In this document: piece after piece, positions 47,997 to 56,320 of the stretch
Layout: each line of letters opens with the position of its first letter
Position numbering within the stretch: the first letter of the stretch is position 1
DNA from: an uncultured Acidobacteriota bacterium
GTDB taxonomy: Bacteria; Acidobacteriota; Vicinamibacteria; Vicinamibacterales; UBA8438
Direction of reading: 5' to 3'
Assembly (NCBI GenBank): GCA_913043225.1
Contig: CAJWLU010000003.1
Span: 41,143-105,142 of the forward strand
Length of the DNA stretch: 64,000 bases
Notes under the pieces: generated by a model
The model's database searches: none
The model's input: only the letters and a program-made list of their open reading frames with translations
Told to the model about the DNA's origin: nothing
Made by a program: the position numbers and the translations under genes

Positions 47997-49537
47997 GCCG
48001 TCTGCGCACGAGACTGATCGCGTTGGCGTTGGCCGGGGTCGGTCTAGCCTCGGGTGCGCGAGCGGCCGTCGACGCGCCACTGGTCGAGGCAGCTTCTCGC
48101 GGCGACGCGGGGGCGGTCCGAGTGCTGCTCGACGAGGGAGCGGATCCGGACGAACGCCAGGGTGATGGCGCCACGGCGTTGCATTGGGCCGTCCACCGGG
48201 GCGATGTCTCGATGGTTGAGACGCTTCTGGCGACCGGCGCCACAGTAGACGCCGTCAACGAGCTGGAGGTGACGCCGCTGCTCCTCGCCGCGTCGAACGG
48301 GCAGGTCGCGGTGGTTGATCGACTACTGGCTGCCGGCGCAGACCCGGAGGGTGGCATAACAGACCGCGAGCGTCCCCTCATGCGCGCGGCGTGGGTCGGT
48401 AGCACGGCCGTGGTGCGGGCGCTGCTCGACGCTGGCGCCGATCCGAACGGGATGGAGCCGGCGCGTCAGCAGACTGCGCTCATGTGGGCCGTATCCGAGC
48501 GCCATCCCGACGTGGTCCAGCTCCTGCTCGATCGTGGCGCGGACGTCGCCGCTGCCACGGTGACGCATCGGACTGGGCGGGCGGCCACACGTGACATCGT
48601 AGGCTACACGCCGTTGCTCTTCGCGGCGCGCGTAGGCGATGCCGAGTCACTAAGGCTACTGATCGATTTCGGGGCGGATCCCAACGCCGCGTCGAGCGAC
48701 GGGATGAGCGCGCTGATTCTGGCCACCGTGCGCGGTTATCCGGATGTTGCCATGCAGCTTCTCGACGCCGGCGCCGATCCGAACGCGGCGGATCCTGGCT
48801 ATTCGGCTCTGCACTGGGCGGCAGGCTGGTGGGAGACCACACTCACCACCACCGACTTCCGTCCGGACCGCGAAGGCAACGACGAGTGGAACAGCCTGCC
48901 CGGGTTGACCGAAGGGAAGGCCGAGCTGGTCGCGGCGCTCCTGGCTACGGGGGCCGATCCGAACTTGCCGATGGAGCGGACGCCACCCAGAGCGGGCGCC
49001 ACCCGGAATCCCAGCATGCCCGAGCTGCGCGGCGCCACCCCGTATCTGCTGGCCGCCGCGGCCGGCGACGCGGAGGTGATGCGGCTGCTGGCGGGTGCAG
49101 GGGCGGATCTGACGCTGACTACCGACGCCGGCGCTACCCCGTTGATGGCGGCGGCCGGTTTTGGCCGAATGCTCGGTGAGAACACCGTCGACGAGGAGCG
49201 TATTATCGAGGCTGCTCGCCTCGCGCTCGAGCTTGGGGCCGACCTCAGCGCGACCGACGAAGTGGAGAACACGGCTTTGCACTACGCGGCGTATCATCGG
49301 CTGACGTCACTCGTCGGGCACCTGGTCGAGCAGGGGGCCGTGCTGGGGCAGCGGAATAAGTTCGGCGAAACGCCGCTTTGGTTGTCTGAGCTCGCGATTC
49401 AGTTTTACGGCGGCGGGACATACCAGATCGTGCCCACGGTGACCGGTGATCTCTTGCGTACCCTAGGCGCCGATCCCACGACGCCGTTCTACGATCGGGC
49501 CCGCCCTCGCGACTGGCCCGATCTCCAGCTTCAGTAG
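47993..49537 (+). CDS. Exported ankyrin-repeat protein (paralog C)
   Basis: GTGA coupled to DUF1552; signal ending ARA; GATALHWAV, QTALMWAV, GYTPLLFAA and GATPLMAAA. Confidence 0.92.
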   Translation: MSRLRTRLIALALAGVGLASGARAAVDAPLVEAASRGDAGAVRVLLDEGADPDERQGDGATALHWAVHRGDVSMVETLLATGATVDAVNELEVTPLLLAASNGQVAVVDRLLAAGADPEGGITDRERPLMRAAWVGSTAVVRALLDAGADPNGMEPARQQTALMWAVSERHPDVVQLLLDRGADVAAATVTHRTGRAATRDIVGYTPLLFAARVGDAESLRLLIDFGADPNAASSDGMSALILATVRGYPDVAMQLLDAGADPNAADPGYSALHWAAGWWETTLTTTDFRPDREGNDEWNSLPGLTEGKAELVAALLATGADPNLPMERTPPRAGATRNPSMPELRGATPYLLAAAAGDAEVMRLLAGAGADLTLTTDAGATPLMAAAGFGRMLGENTVDEERIIEAARLALELGADLSATDEVENTALHYAAYHRLTSLVGHLVEQGAVLGQRNKFGETPLWLSELAIQFYGGGTYQIVPTVTGDLLRTLGADPTTPFYDRARPRDWPDLQLQ

Positions 49538-49546
49538 CTCATCCCG

Positions 49547-49867
49547 ATGAGTCTCGTGCGTCCCTTGCTGCACGGCGTGCTGCATGTGGCCGCGCCAGTC
49601 GTCCTGGCCTTTGTCGCGTGGCGCTCGACCTGGCGTCGGGCCGCCGCAATCATGCTGACCACGCTCCTGGTCGATCTCGACCACTTGCTGGCCGATCCCA
49701 TCTACGATTCGGACCGCTGCAGCATCGGGACCCACCTGCTGCACACTCCTCTGCCGATCGTTGTCTATGTCCTGCTGGCCAGCTGGCCGAAGACCCGTCT
49801 GGTCGGGGTCGGGCTGTTGCTTCATATGCTGCTCGACGGTGTTGACTGTTGGTGGGTGGGGCACTGA
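49547..49867 (+). CDS. Small membrane protein, DUF6122-like
   Basis: Hydrophobic; VDLDHLLADPIYDSDRCSIGTHLLH and HMLLDGVDC motifs. Confidence 0.75.
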   Translation: MSLVRPLLHGVLHVAAPVVLAFVAWRSTWRRAAAIMLTTLLVDLDHLLADPIYDSDRCSIGTHLLHTPLPIVVYVLLASWPKTRLVGVGLLLHMLLDGVDCWWVGH

Positions 49868-49969
49868 GCCGCCCGCCCCTGCCCGTTCGGCACCGCTGAC
49901 CGAGGGTGCCAGCCGGGGAGAGTGTCCACGATCGGTTGACACCGGTCGCCGCTGCGCGAGAGCCTTCCG

Positions 49970-51340
49970 ATGGCCGTGGACCAGACATCTCACGTCTCGC
50001 CGCTCACTCTTCCCCGGTTCGCGCGGTTCTACGCCCCGCTGGCGGCTACCAGTCTGCTGCTGACGTTGACCAACCCGCTGCTGGCGAGCGCGCTCTCGCG
50101 CAACGTGAATCCGGCCATCGCTCTCGCCGGGTTTGGCGTCGCCTTCTCGTTGTGCGGCGTCCTCTACAGTCCATTACTGGTAGGGCAGCAGGTGGCCGCG
50201 ACGCGCCTTCTCGACGGGCACCGGTTTGGTCCGGTCTTGGCGTTCTGGGTTCGGATTGGCGCACTGCTGTCGGTCGTGACACTGTTGATCGGAACGACCC
50301 GCTTGGGCGATTGGGTGCTCGGCGGCCTAATCGGCGTTTCGGGCGACGTCTTCGAGGAGGCCAGCACCGCGCTCCTGCTGCTGTCGCCGGTCCCAGTGTT
50401 GACGGCGGTCCGGGCGGCTCACCAGGGACGATTGGTGGCCGGGCATCGGACCCAGCCGATTGCGGCGGCGACCGGAGTCCGTACCGCGGTCCTGGCGTTG
50501 GTGGCGGTCTCGCTGACCCTGCTCACATCGGGTGGGGCCTGGGTGGGTGGCGCGGCGTTCTCGGTGGGGCTGTTGGTCGAGACGGTGCTGGTGGTATTGG
50601 CCCGGTCCGGGGTTGGTGCTCCGGCCGGTCCGGTGGCTTCCGAAGAGGGAGCCCTAGGGGTGAGCGAAGCGAGGCTACTCCGTTTTTCGACGCCGCTCGC
50701 GGTGAACACCCTACTCTGGTGGAGCACGCCGCTCCTGATCAACAGCGTGCTCGCACGTTCTCCGTTCCCGGCTGAGGCGATCGCGGCGTTCATCGTGGTC
50801 GAAGCGGTGGCTTGGTTTCTGGTGGCTCCGGTGGGCCAACTGCAGCACGTGGGCATCGCGCTCGTCGACTGTAAGCCGGCCCACCGTGCCGTGCAGATGT
50901 GGTCCCTTGCCCTGGCGATGGGGGTCGCGCTGCTGATTGCGGTGATCTCTACGCCTCCGGTGCGGCGCACCCTGCTCGGGGCGGTGTTTGGCCTCGACGC
51001 CGGCCTGCTCGGTGACATCGGGGCGGCGTTGCCGTTTGCCGTGGCCTATCCGCTACTCTACGCCCACCGGCAGTACTACCAGGGGCTCTTCACCCGCTGC
51101 GGGCGCCCCGACGCCGTCGGATGGGGTGGGGCGCTCCGGGTGGTGACGGTCTTCCTGGTGGCGGTGGCGGCGCTCGGGCCGCTCGGCCACGTGGGAGCCA
51201 CGCTGGGGGTTTTGGCCGCGGTCGCCGGCCTGGCCCTGGAAGGCGTGTTTCTTGAACGCACGGCGCGGCGGCAGGTGATGACGGTCCTCCCGGAGTCTGA
51301 ACCGGCTGTCCGGCAGCCGCTGTCGGAGAGCGTGACATGA
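49970..51340 (+). CDS. MOP-superfamily transporter (MATE/ANKH-like)
   Basis: About 12 TM segments in two homologous halves (RFYAPLA.. and RFSTPLA..; ALAGFGVA and AIAAFIVV; HQG and YQG). Confidence 0.72.
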   Translation: MAVDQTSHVSPLTLPRFARFYAPLAATSLLLTLTNPLLASALSRNVNPAIALAGFGVAFSLCGVLYSPLLVGQQVAATRLLDGHRFGPVLAFWVRIGALLSVVTLLIGTTRLGDWVLGGLIGVSGDVFEEASTALLLLSPVPVLTAVRAAHQGRLVAGHRTQPIAAATGVRTAVLALVAVSLTLLTSGGAWVGGAAFSVGLLVETVLVVLARSGVGAPAGPVASEEGALGVSEARLLRFSTPLAVNTLLWWSTPLLINSVLARSPFPAEAIAAFIVVEAVAWFLVAPVGQLQHVGIALVDCKPAHRAVQMWSLALAMGVALLIAVISTPPVRRTLLGAVFGLDAGLLGDIGAALPFAVAYPLLYAHRQYYQGLFTRCGRPDAVGWGGALRVVTVFLVAVAALGPLGHVGATLGVLAAVAGLALEGVFLERTARRQVMTVLPESEPAVRQPLSESVT

Positions 51341-52014
51341 AGTTTTCCGAGGCCAGTCGATCTTGCGGACGACGGTTCATGGCCGTCGTGACCACCATGC
51401 TTGCGATCGGATGCGGAGCGCCGGCCTCCGTTCCGCCGACCGACAACACCGTCCAGAGCCATCTGCCCGACGGCTATGCGCTGCGTCTCGATCGGCCGAA
51501 TCGCCAGCGCAGCGATTTCGGCGCCTCGTTCGAGGCGGGGCGCCTGGAGATCGAGACCGGGCCGGCCGGCATCCTCTATGAGCCCGACCGAGAGATCGAA
51601 GCGTCGAGTTTCCGAGTGGGGGCGACTTTTACCCAGCTCGCGGCGCCCATGGGGCATCGGGAGGGGTACGGGTTGTTCGTGGGAGGGCAGGGTCTGGCCG
51701 GGCCTGATCAGCGTTACTTGTATTTCCTGGTGCGTGCCGATGGCCGGTATCTCGTGAAGCGTCGCGACGGGGAGCGCACCACCGAGCTTTCTGGCGGCTG
51801 GCAACCGTCAGAGGCGGTCAGTGTGCCAGCCGAGCCGGGGGCCGAGGTCATGAACGACCTGGCGGTGGAGGCGACCGATGGACGGCTGCGACTGTTATGC
51901 AACGGCGAGACGGTGGCTGAGCTGGCGGTCGAACCGGCCGATGTGACCGGGGTGTTCGGGGTGCGAGTGAACCACAACCTACGGGTGCGTGTGGACGATT
52001 TCGGTACTCGATGA
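51337..52014 (+). CDS. Lipoprotein with a predicted beta-sandwich (ConA/DUF1080-like) domain
   Basis: Lipobox AIGC; EGYGLFVGG, YLYFLVRADG, NDLAV and GVFGVRVNH. The start may be 51379. Confidence 0.65.
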   Translation: MKFSEASRSCGRRFMAVVTTMLAIGCGAPASVPPTDNTVQSHLPDGYALRLDRPNRQRSDFGASFEAGRLEIETGPAGILYEPDREIEASSFRVGATFTQLAAPMGHREGYGLFVGGQGLAGPDQRYLYFLVRADGRYLVKRRDGERTTELSGGWQPSEAVSVPAEPGAEVMNDLAVEATDGRLRLLCNGETVAELAVEPADVTGVFGVRVNHNLRVRVDDFGTR

Positions 52015-52090
52015 GTTGCCCGCCTCCCCGGTGTTGCGCCCGGTGGTGGCGGTATACTGAAACCCGACGGTACAACAGCAGGAGGACGTC

Positions 52091-54490
52091 ATGCACGCGC
52101 GACTCGCGGTGATCGCGGCGGTGGCGGCCGGCCTCGTGGCGCCGGACGCCGGGTGGCTCGGGATCCAGGCCGCCGGACAGCCATCCGTAGAGGTGCCCTC
52201 GCGCGCCCTCCTCGATCAGTACTGCGTCACCTGTCACAACGACCGTCTGCAGACCGCCGAGCTGTCGCTCGATGGCGTGGACGTCTCGGATCCGGCCGCG
52301 CATCGTGACGTGCTCGAACGGGTCGTACGGAAGCTCCGTAAGGGGCAGATGCCGCCCGAGGGCCGTCCTCGACCGCCGGCGGACCAGATCGAACAGTTCG
52401 TGAGCCGGCTCGAAGTGTCACTGGATCGGGTGGCCGAGTCGAGATCCGACCCGGGCCGCGTGGCGTCCCGCCGGCTCAATCGAGCCGAGTATGTCAGCGT
52501 CATCGAGGACCTGCTGGCACTGGAGGTCAATGGCGAGGAGCTTCTGCCGTCCGACATGGCTGGCTTCGGGTTTGACAACAACGCCGAGGTGCTGTCGATC
52601 ACGCCCGGGCTGATGTCGCGCTATATCGCCGCCGCCACGAAGATCAGTCGGGCGGCGATCGGGAGTCCGGACATCCGTCCGGTGATGCAGCTCTACGAAT
52701 TGGGCTACGAGCGCCGCGACGTCCGGGCCGGCGAGGCTCTGCCGTTCGCGACCCATGGTGGTCTGGCCGTTCGGCATCACTTCCCCCTGGACGGGGAGTA
52801 TCTGTTCGCCATCCGCCTGAAGCGGAACGAGACCATCGAGACGATCGACGGTATCGCCGAGGACGAGCATCAGATCGAGCTGCGCATCGACCACGCGCTG
52901 GTCGAGCAGTTTGCCATCGGCGGTCGCTATCCTGGGCCGGATCCAGGGCAGCTCATCGCGGTGCCCGAGGATGACGTCGAGGGGCAGCGGCTCCATGAGT
53001 ATCGGATGACGGCCGACCACGCGCTCGAACTCCGCGTCCCGGTCGAGGCGGGTACCCGGCTGGTGTCGGTGTCTTTCACCGATGCTGCCCCGTCACCTCA
53101 TCCCAGCCCGCAGCTGCCAGGCATCGACAAGGTCTTCGTGTCGGGCCCCTTCGATGGTCGGGTGCCCGAGGACACGCCGAGTCGTCGTCGCATCTTTGTC
53201 TGCCAGCCTGAATCGGCGGTCGACGAAGAGCCGTGCGCGCGACAGATTCTGGCGTCGCTTGCGCGGCGAGCCTATCGACGGCCGGTGCAGACCGAGGACA
53301 TCGATCCGCTCCTGGGGCTCTATCGTGAGGGTCGTGTAGAGCGGGACTTCGAGTTTGGGATCGAGCGGGCCCTCGAGGCGCTGCTCGCGATGCCCGAGTT
53401 CCTCATGCGGATAGAGGAGCATCCGGTGGACACGGCGCCGGGTGGGGTGTATCCGGTCAGCGATTTAGAGCTAGCCACCCGCCTGTCTTTCTTCCTCTGG
53501 AAGAGTCTTCCGGACGAGGAGCTGCTCGGGCTGGCTGAGGAGGGCCGGCTGCGAGAGTCTGGGGTGCTCGCGGCGCAGGTGGCCCGGATGCTTGGGGACG
53601 AGCGGGCCACGCGGTTCATGCACGACTTCGCCGGTCAGTGGCTGCACCTCCGCAACATCGACGACCAGGCGCCAGACGGGGCACTCTTTGCCGGGTTCAA
53701 TGATTCGCTGCGGAAGGCCATGGTCACCGAGACCCAGCTGTTCTTCCGTAGCCAGGTGAGCGCCGATCGACCGGTCACCGAGCTCCTGTCAGCTAATTAC
53801 ACGTTCCTGAATGAGCAACTCGCCCGCCACTACGGTGTCGATGATTTGTATGGCAGCCACTTCCGCCGTTACGAGTGGCAGGACGATCGGCGTCACGGGC
53901 TCCTTGGCCAGGCCAGTTTGTTGACCGTGACCTCCTACGCCAACCGTACCTCGGTGGTGCTGCGCGGGCTGTGGGTGCTCGAGACGCTGCTGGGCGCGCC
54001 CCCGCCGCCCCCCCCGCCCAACGTGCCGCCGTTGCCTGAGAGCGACCGTCGAGCCCCCACGTCGCTGCGGGAACGGATGGAGCAGCACCGGGCGAGCCCC
54101 GTGTGCGCCTCCTGTCACACGCAGATGGATCCGCTCGGGTTCGCCCTCGAGCACTACGACGCGATCGGCCGATGGCGGGAGACCGACGGCGGAGCGCCAA
54201 TCAACGCCACGATCACCTGGCAGGGAGACACCATCGACAGCCCGCGCGCGTTCCGGGAGATGCTGCTCGGATCCGGCGATGAAGTCGTACGCACGATTAC
54301 CGAGAAGCTGATGACCTACGCGCTCGGTCGCGGAGTGGATCATGCCGATGCCCCCGCGGTGCGCCGGATCGTGCGGGAGCTTGCCGCCTCTGATCACCGC
54401 TGGTCCGCTTTGGTGCTCGGGATTGTCGAGAGCGATCAGTTCCAGCGGCGCCGTGCCCCGGAAGCCGTCGACGCGACCGCCGCCCAGTAG
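52091..54490 (+). CDS. DUF1592-family diheme cytochrome c, copy 3
   Basis: AGGAGG RBS and TATACT at 52053-52058; CVTCH and QMPP; RRLNRAEY; GFDN; LATRLSFFLW; RTSVVLRG; CASCHTQMDPLGFALE. Confidence 0.92.
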   Translation: MHARLAVIAAVAAGLVAPDAGWLGIQAAGQPSVEVPSRALLDQYCVTCHNDRLQTAELSLDGVDVSDPAAHRDVLERVVRKLRKGQMPPEGRPRPPADQIEQFVSRLEVSLDRVAESRSDPGRVASRRLNRAEYVSVIEDLLALEVNGEELLPSDMAGFGFDNNAEVLSITPGLMSRYIAAATKISRAAIGSPDIRPVMQLYELGYERRDVRAGEALPFATHGGLAVRHHFPLDGEYLFAIRLKRNETIETIDGIAEDEHQIELRIDHALVEQFAIGGRYPGPDPGQLIAVPEDDVEGQRLHEYRMTADHALELRVPVEAGTRLVSVSFTDAAPSPHPSPQLPGIDKVFVSGPFDGRVPEDTPSRRRIFVCQPESAVDEEPCARQILASLARRAYRRPVQTEDIDPLLGLYREGRVERDFEFGIERALEALLAMPEFLMRIEEHPVDTAPGGVYPVSDLELATRLSFFLWKSLPDEELLGLAEEGRLRESGVLAAQVARMLGDERATRFMHDFAGQWLHLRNIDDQAPDGALFAGFNDSLRKAMVTETQLFFRSQVSADRPVTELLSANYTFLNEQLARHYGVDDLYGSHFRRYEWQDDRRHGLLGQASLLTVTSYANRTSVVLRGLWVLETLLGAPPPPPPPNVPPLPESDRRAPTSLRERMEQHRASPVCASCHTQMDPLGFALEHYDAIGRWRETDGGAPINATITWQGDTIDSPRAFREMLLGSGDEVVRTITEKLMTYALGRGVDHADAPAVRRIVRELAASDHRWSALVLGIVESDQFQRRRAPEAVDATAAQ

Positions 54491-54524
54491 TGTCGGCCGA
54501 AAGCAAAAAACTCCGAGTGCAACC

Positions 54525-55874
54525 ATGTTCATCACCAAGACGCATTTGCCCCGCCGGACCGTACTTCGCGGACTTGGCGCCAGCCTCGCGCTGCCGCTGC
54601 TCGACGGTATGGTACCGGCGCTCACCGCTCAGAGCCGGACGGCCGCCGCACCGGTGAAACGGTTCGGCGTGTTCTACGTGCCCAACGGCATGTCGATGCC
54701 CTATTGGTACCCGGCCACTGAGGGTCCGCTCGACGAGATGCCGCCGATCTTGCGGTCGCTTGAGCCGTTTCGCGACCGGGTGTTGATCTGCGGCGGGCTC
54801 GACGACGAGTCGGCAAACCTGGTGAAGGGAGGCGGCGACCACGCGCGGTCGGCCGGAACGTTCCTTACGTGCGTGCCCTACAAGATCACGGCCGGCGCCG
54901 ACGTCTCGGCGGCGGTATCAATGGACCAGCTCGCCGCCCGAGAGCTGGCTAAGGAGACCCAGATCTCCTCGCTCGAACTTGGGATCGAGTCGAACGCCAT
55001 GGTTGGCAACTGCGATGGTGGGGCGAGCTGCGCCTACACCAACACCATCGCCTGGCGGACGCCTACTACCCCGCTGCCGATAGAGAACGACCCGCGAGCC
55101 GTGTTCGAGCGTCTGTTCGGGACGACCGGGAGCACGGATCCGGCTGCGAGACAGGCGCGCCTGGAGCGGGACCGTAGCATTCTCGATCTGGTGAACGAGG
55201 AGCTCGCCGGACTGGAACGCGTGATCGGGCCAGGAGATCGGCTGAAGCTCGACGAGTACCTGGAGTCGGTGCGGGACATCGAACGTCGCATCTCAATGGC
55301 CGAGGAGCAGAGTGCCCGCGAGCTACCGGTGGTCGACCAACCCGTCGGAGTGCCCGGTGACTACGCTGAGCACGCGAAGCTGCAGATGGACCTGCTGGCG
55401 CTGGCGTATCAGACCGACCTGACCCGGGTCAGTACCTTCATGCTGGCGCGTGAGGTCAGCGGCCGTGCCTATCCTGAGATCGGCGTGCCCGATTCCCACC
55501 ACCCGCTCTCGCACCATCAAGACGAGCCGGCGAAGTTGGAACGGTTGCACAAGATCAACGAGTTCCATCTGCAGCAATTTGCCTATCTGGTGGAGAAGAT
55601 GGACACCCTGCCGGAAGGTGACGGAAGCCTCCTGGATTCGACCCTCTTCATGTACGGCACCGGTATCAGCGACAGCAACACGCACTTCCACGACGATCTT
55701 CCGATCGCCCTGGTGGGTGGGCGCTCGGCCGGCATCCGGGGCGGGCGCTACGTCCGCTACGCGGAGGACACCCCGCTCGCGAATCTCCACGTATCGATCC
55801 TGGAGATGCTGGGGGTTCCGGTCGAGGCGCTGGGCGACAGCACCGGGAAACTGGATCGACTGACGAATTTATGA
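54525..55874 (+). CDS. DUF1552 (HXXSHH) protein, Tat-exported, copy 3
   Basis: Start reassigned to ATG 54525 (MFITKTHLPRRTVLRGLG); YVPNG, GDH, CDGGASC, HHPLSHH and DSNTH. Confidence 0.92.
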   Translation: MFITKTHLPRRTVLRGLGASLALPLLDGMVPALTAQSRTAAAPVKRFGVFYVPNGMSMPYWYPATEGPLDEMPPILRSLEPFRDRVLICGGLDDESANLVKGGGDHARSAGTFLTCVPYKITAGADVSAAVSMDQLAARELAKETQISSLELGIESNAMVGNCDGGASCAYTNTIAWRTPTTPLPIENDPRAVFERLFGTTGSTDPAARQARLERDRSILDLVNEELAGLERVIGPGDRLKLDEYLESVRDIERRISMAEEQSARELPVVDQPVGVPGDYAEHAKLQMDLLALAYQTDLTRVSTFMLAREVSGRAYPEIGVPDSHHPLSHHQDEPAKLERLHKINEFHLQQFAYLVEKMDTLPEGDGSLLDSTLFMYGTGISDSNTHFHDDLPIALVGGRSAGIRGGRYVRYAEDTPLANLHVSILEMLGVPVEALGDSTGKLDRLTNL

Positions 55875-56320
55875 TCGCCGTCCGCCGTGTCGCCGCGCTG
55901 CTCGTTGCGGGGCTGGGGTTGGCCGCGGCGGCGGCCGCCCAGACCGCCTATCCGATTTTCACTCCGGACCATCTCGACGCGACGATGAAGACGCTGGGGC
56001 CGAATGTGGCCGGAGTGCACGCGGCGATCAGGGCTGGCGACATGACATTGGCCAAGGAGCGGGCCATCCGTAGCCGAGAGCAACTCGCGACCACCATAAC
56101 GTTCTGGCGTGATCGGGGCCGTGATGATGCGGTCCGGATTCTGCGAGTCACGTTGCGGGCGTTCGACACACTCGATACCGCTTTGTCCCAGACGCCGGCC
56201 GACCCGGCCGCGGTGGATGCCGCCAACGGAACCGTAGGCGGTGGGTGCACCGCTTGCCACGCGATCTACAGGCAGGGTGAAGATGGAGATTATCGGTTGA
56301 ACGAGGCCGCGCTACGATGA
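55871..56320 (+). CDS. Class II (cytochrome c'-like) four-helix monoheme cytochrome
   Basis: Signal peptide, helical body and C-terminal CTACHAIYR; ATGA coupled to both neighbours. Confidence 0.82.
   Translation: MIAVRRVAALLVAGLGLAAAAAAQTAYPIFTPDHLDATMKTLGPNVAGVHAAIRAGDMTLAKERAIRSREQLATTITFWRDRGRDDAVRILRVTLRAFDTLDTALSQTPADPAAVDAANGTVGGGCTACHAIYRQGEDGDYRLNEAALR

Noticed and set aside
19537-49537. Ankyrins as eukaryotic-like host-manipulation effectors
   Set aside because: Their consistent linkage to heme-protein operons and Sec-type signals fit a periplasmic role better, and nothing in the window indicates a host or a secretion system.
53999-54019. Poly-C tract in DUF1592 copy 3 as a phase-variation switch
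   Set aside because: It encodes the poly-Pro motif conserved in all three paralogs and is in frame. The G run near 10447-10454 likewise encodes a conserved IPP motif.
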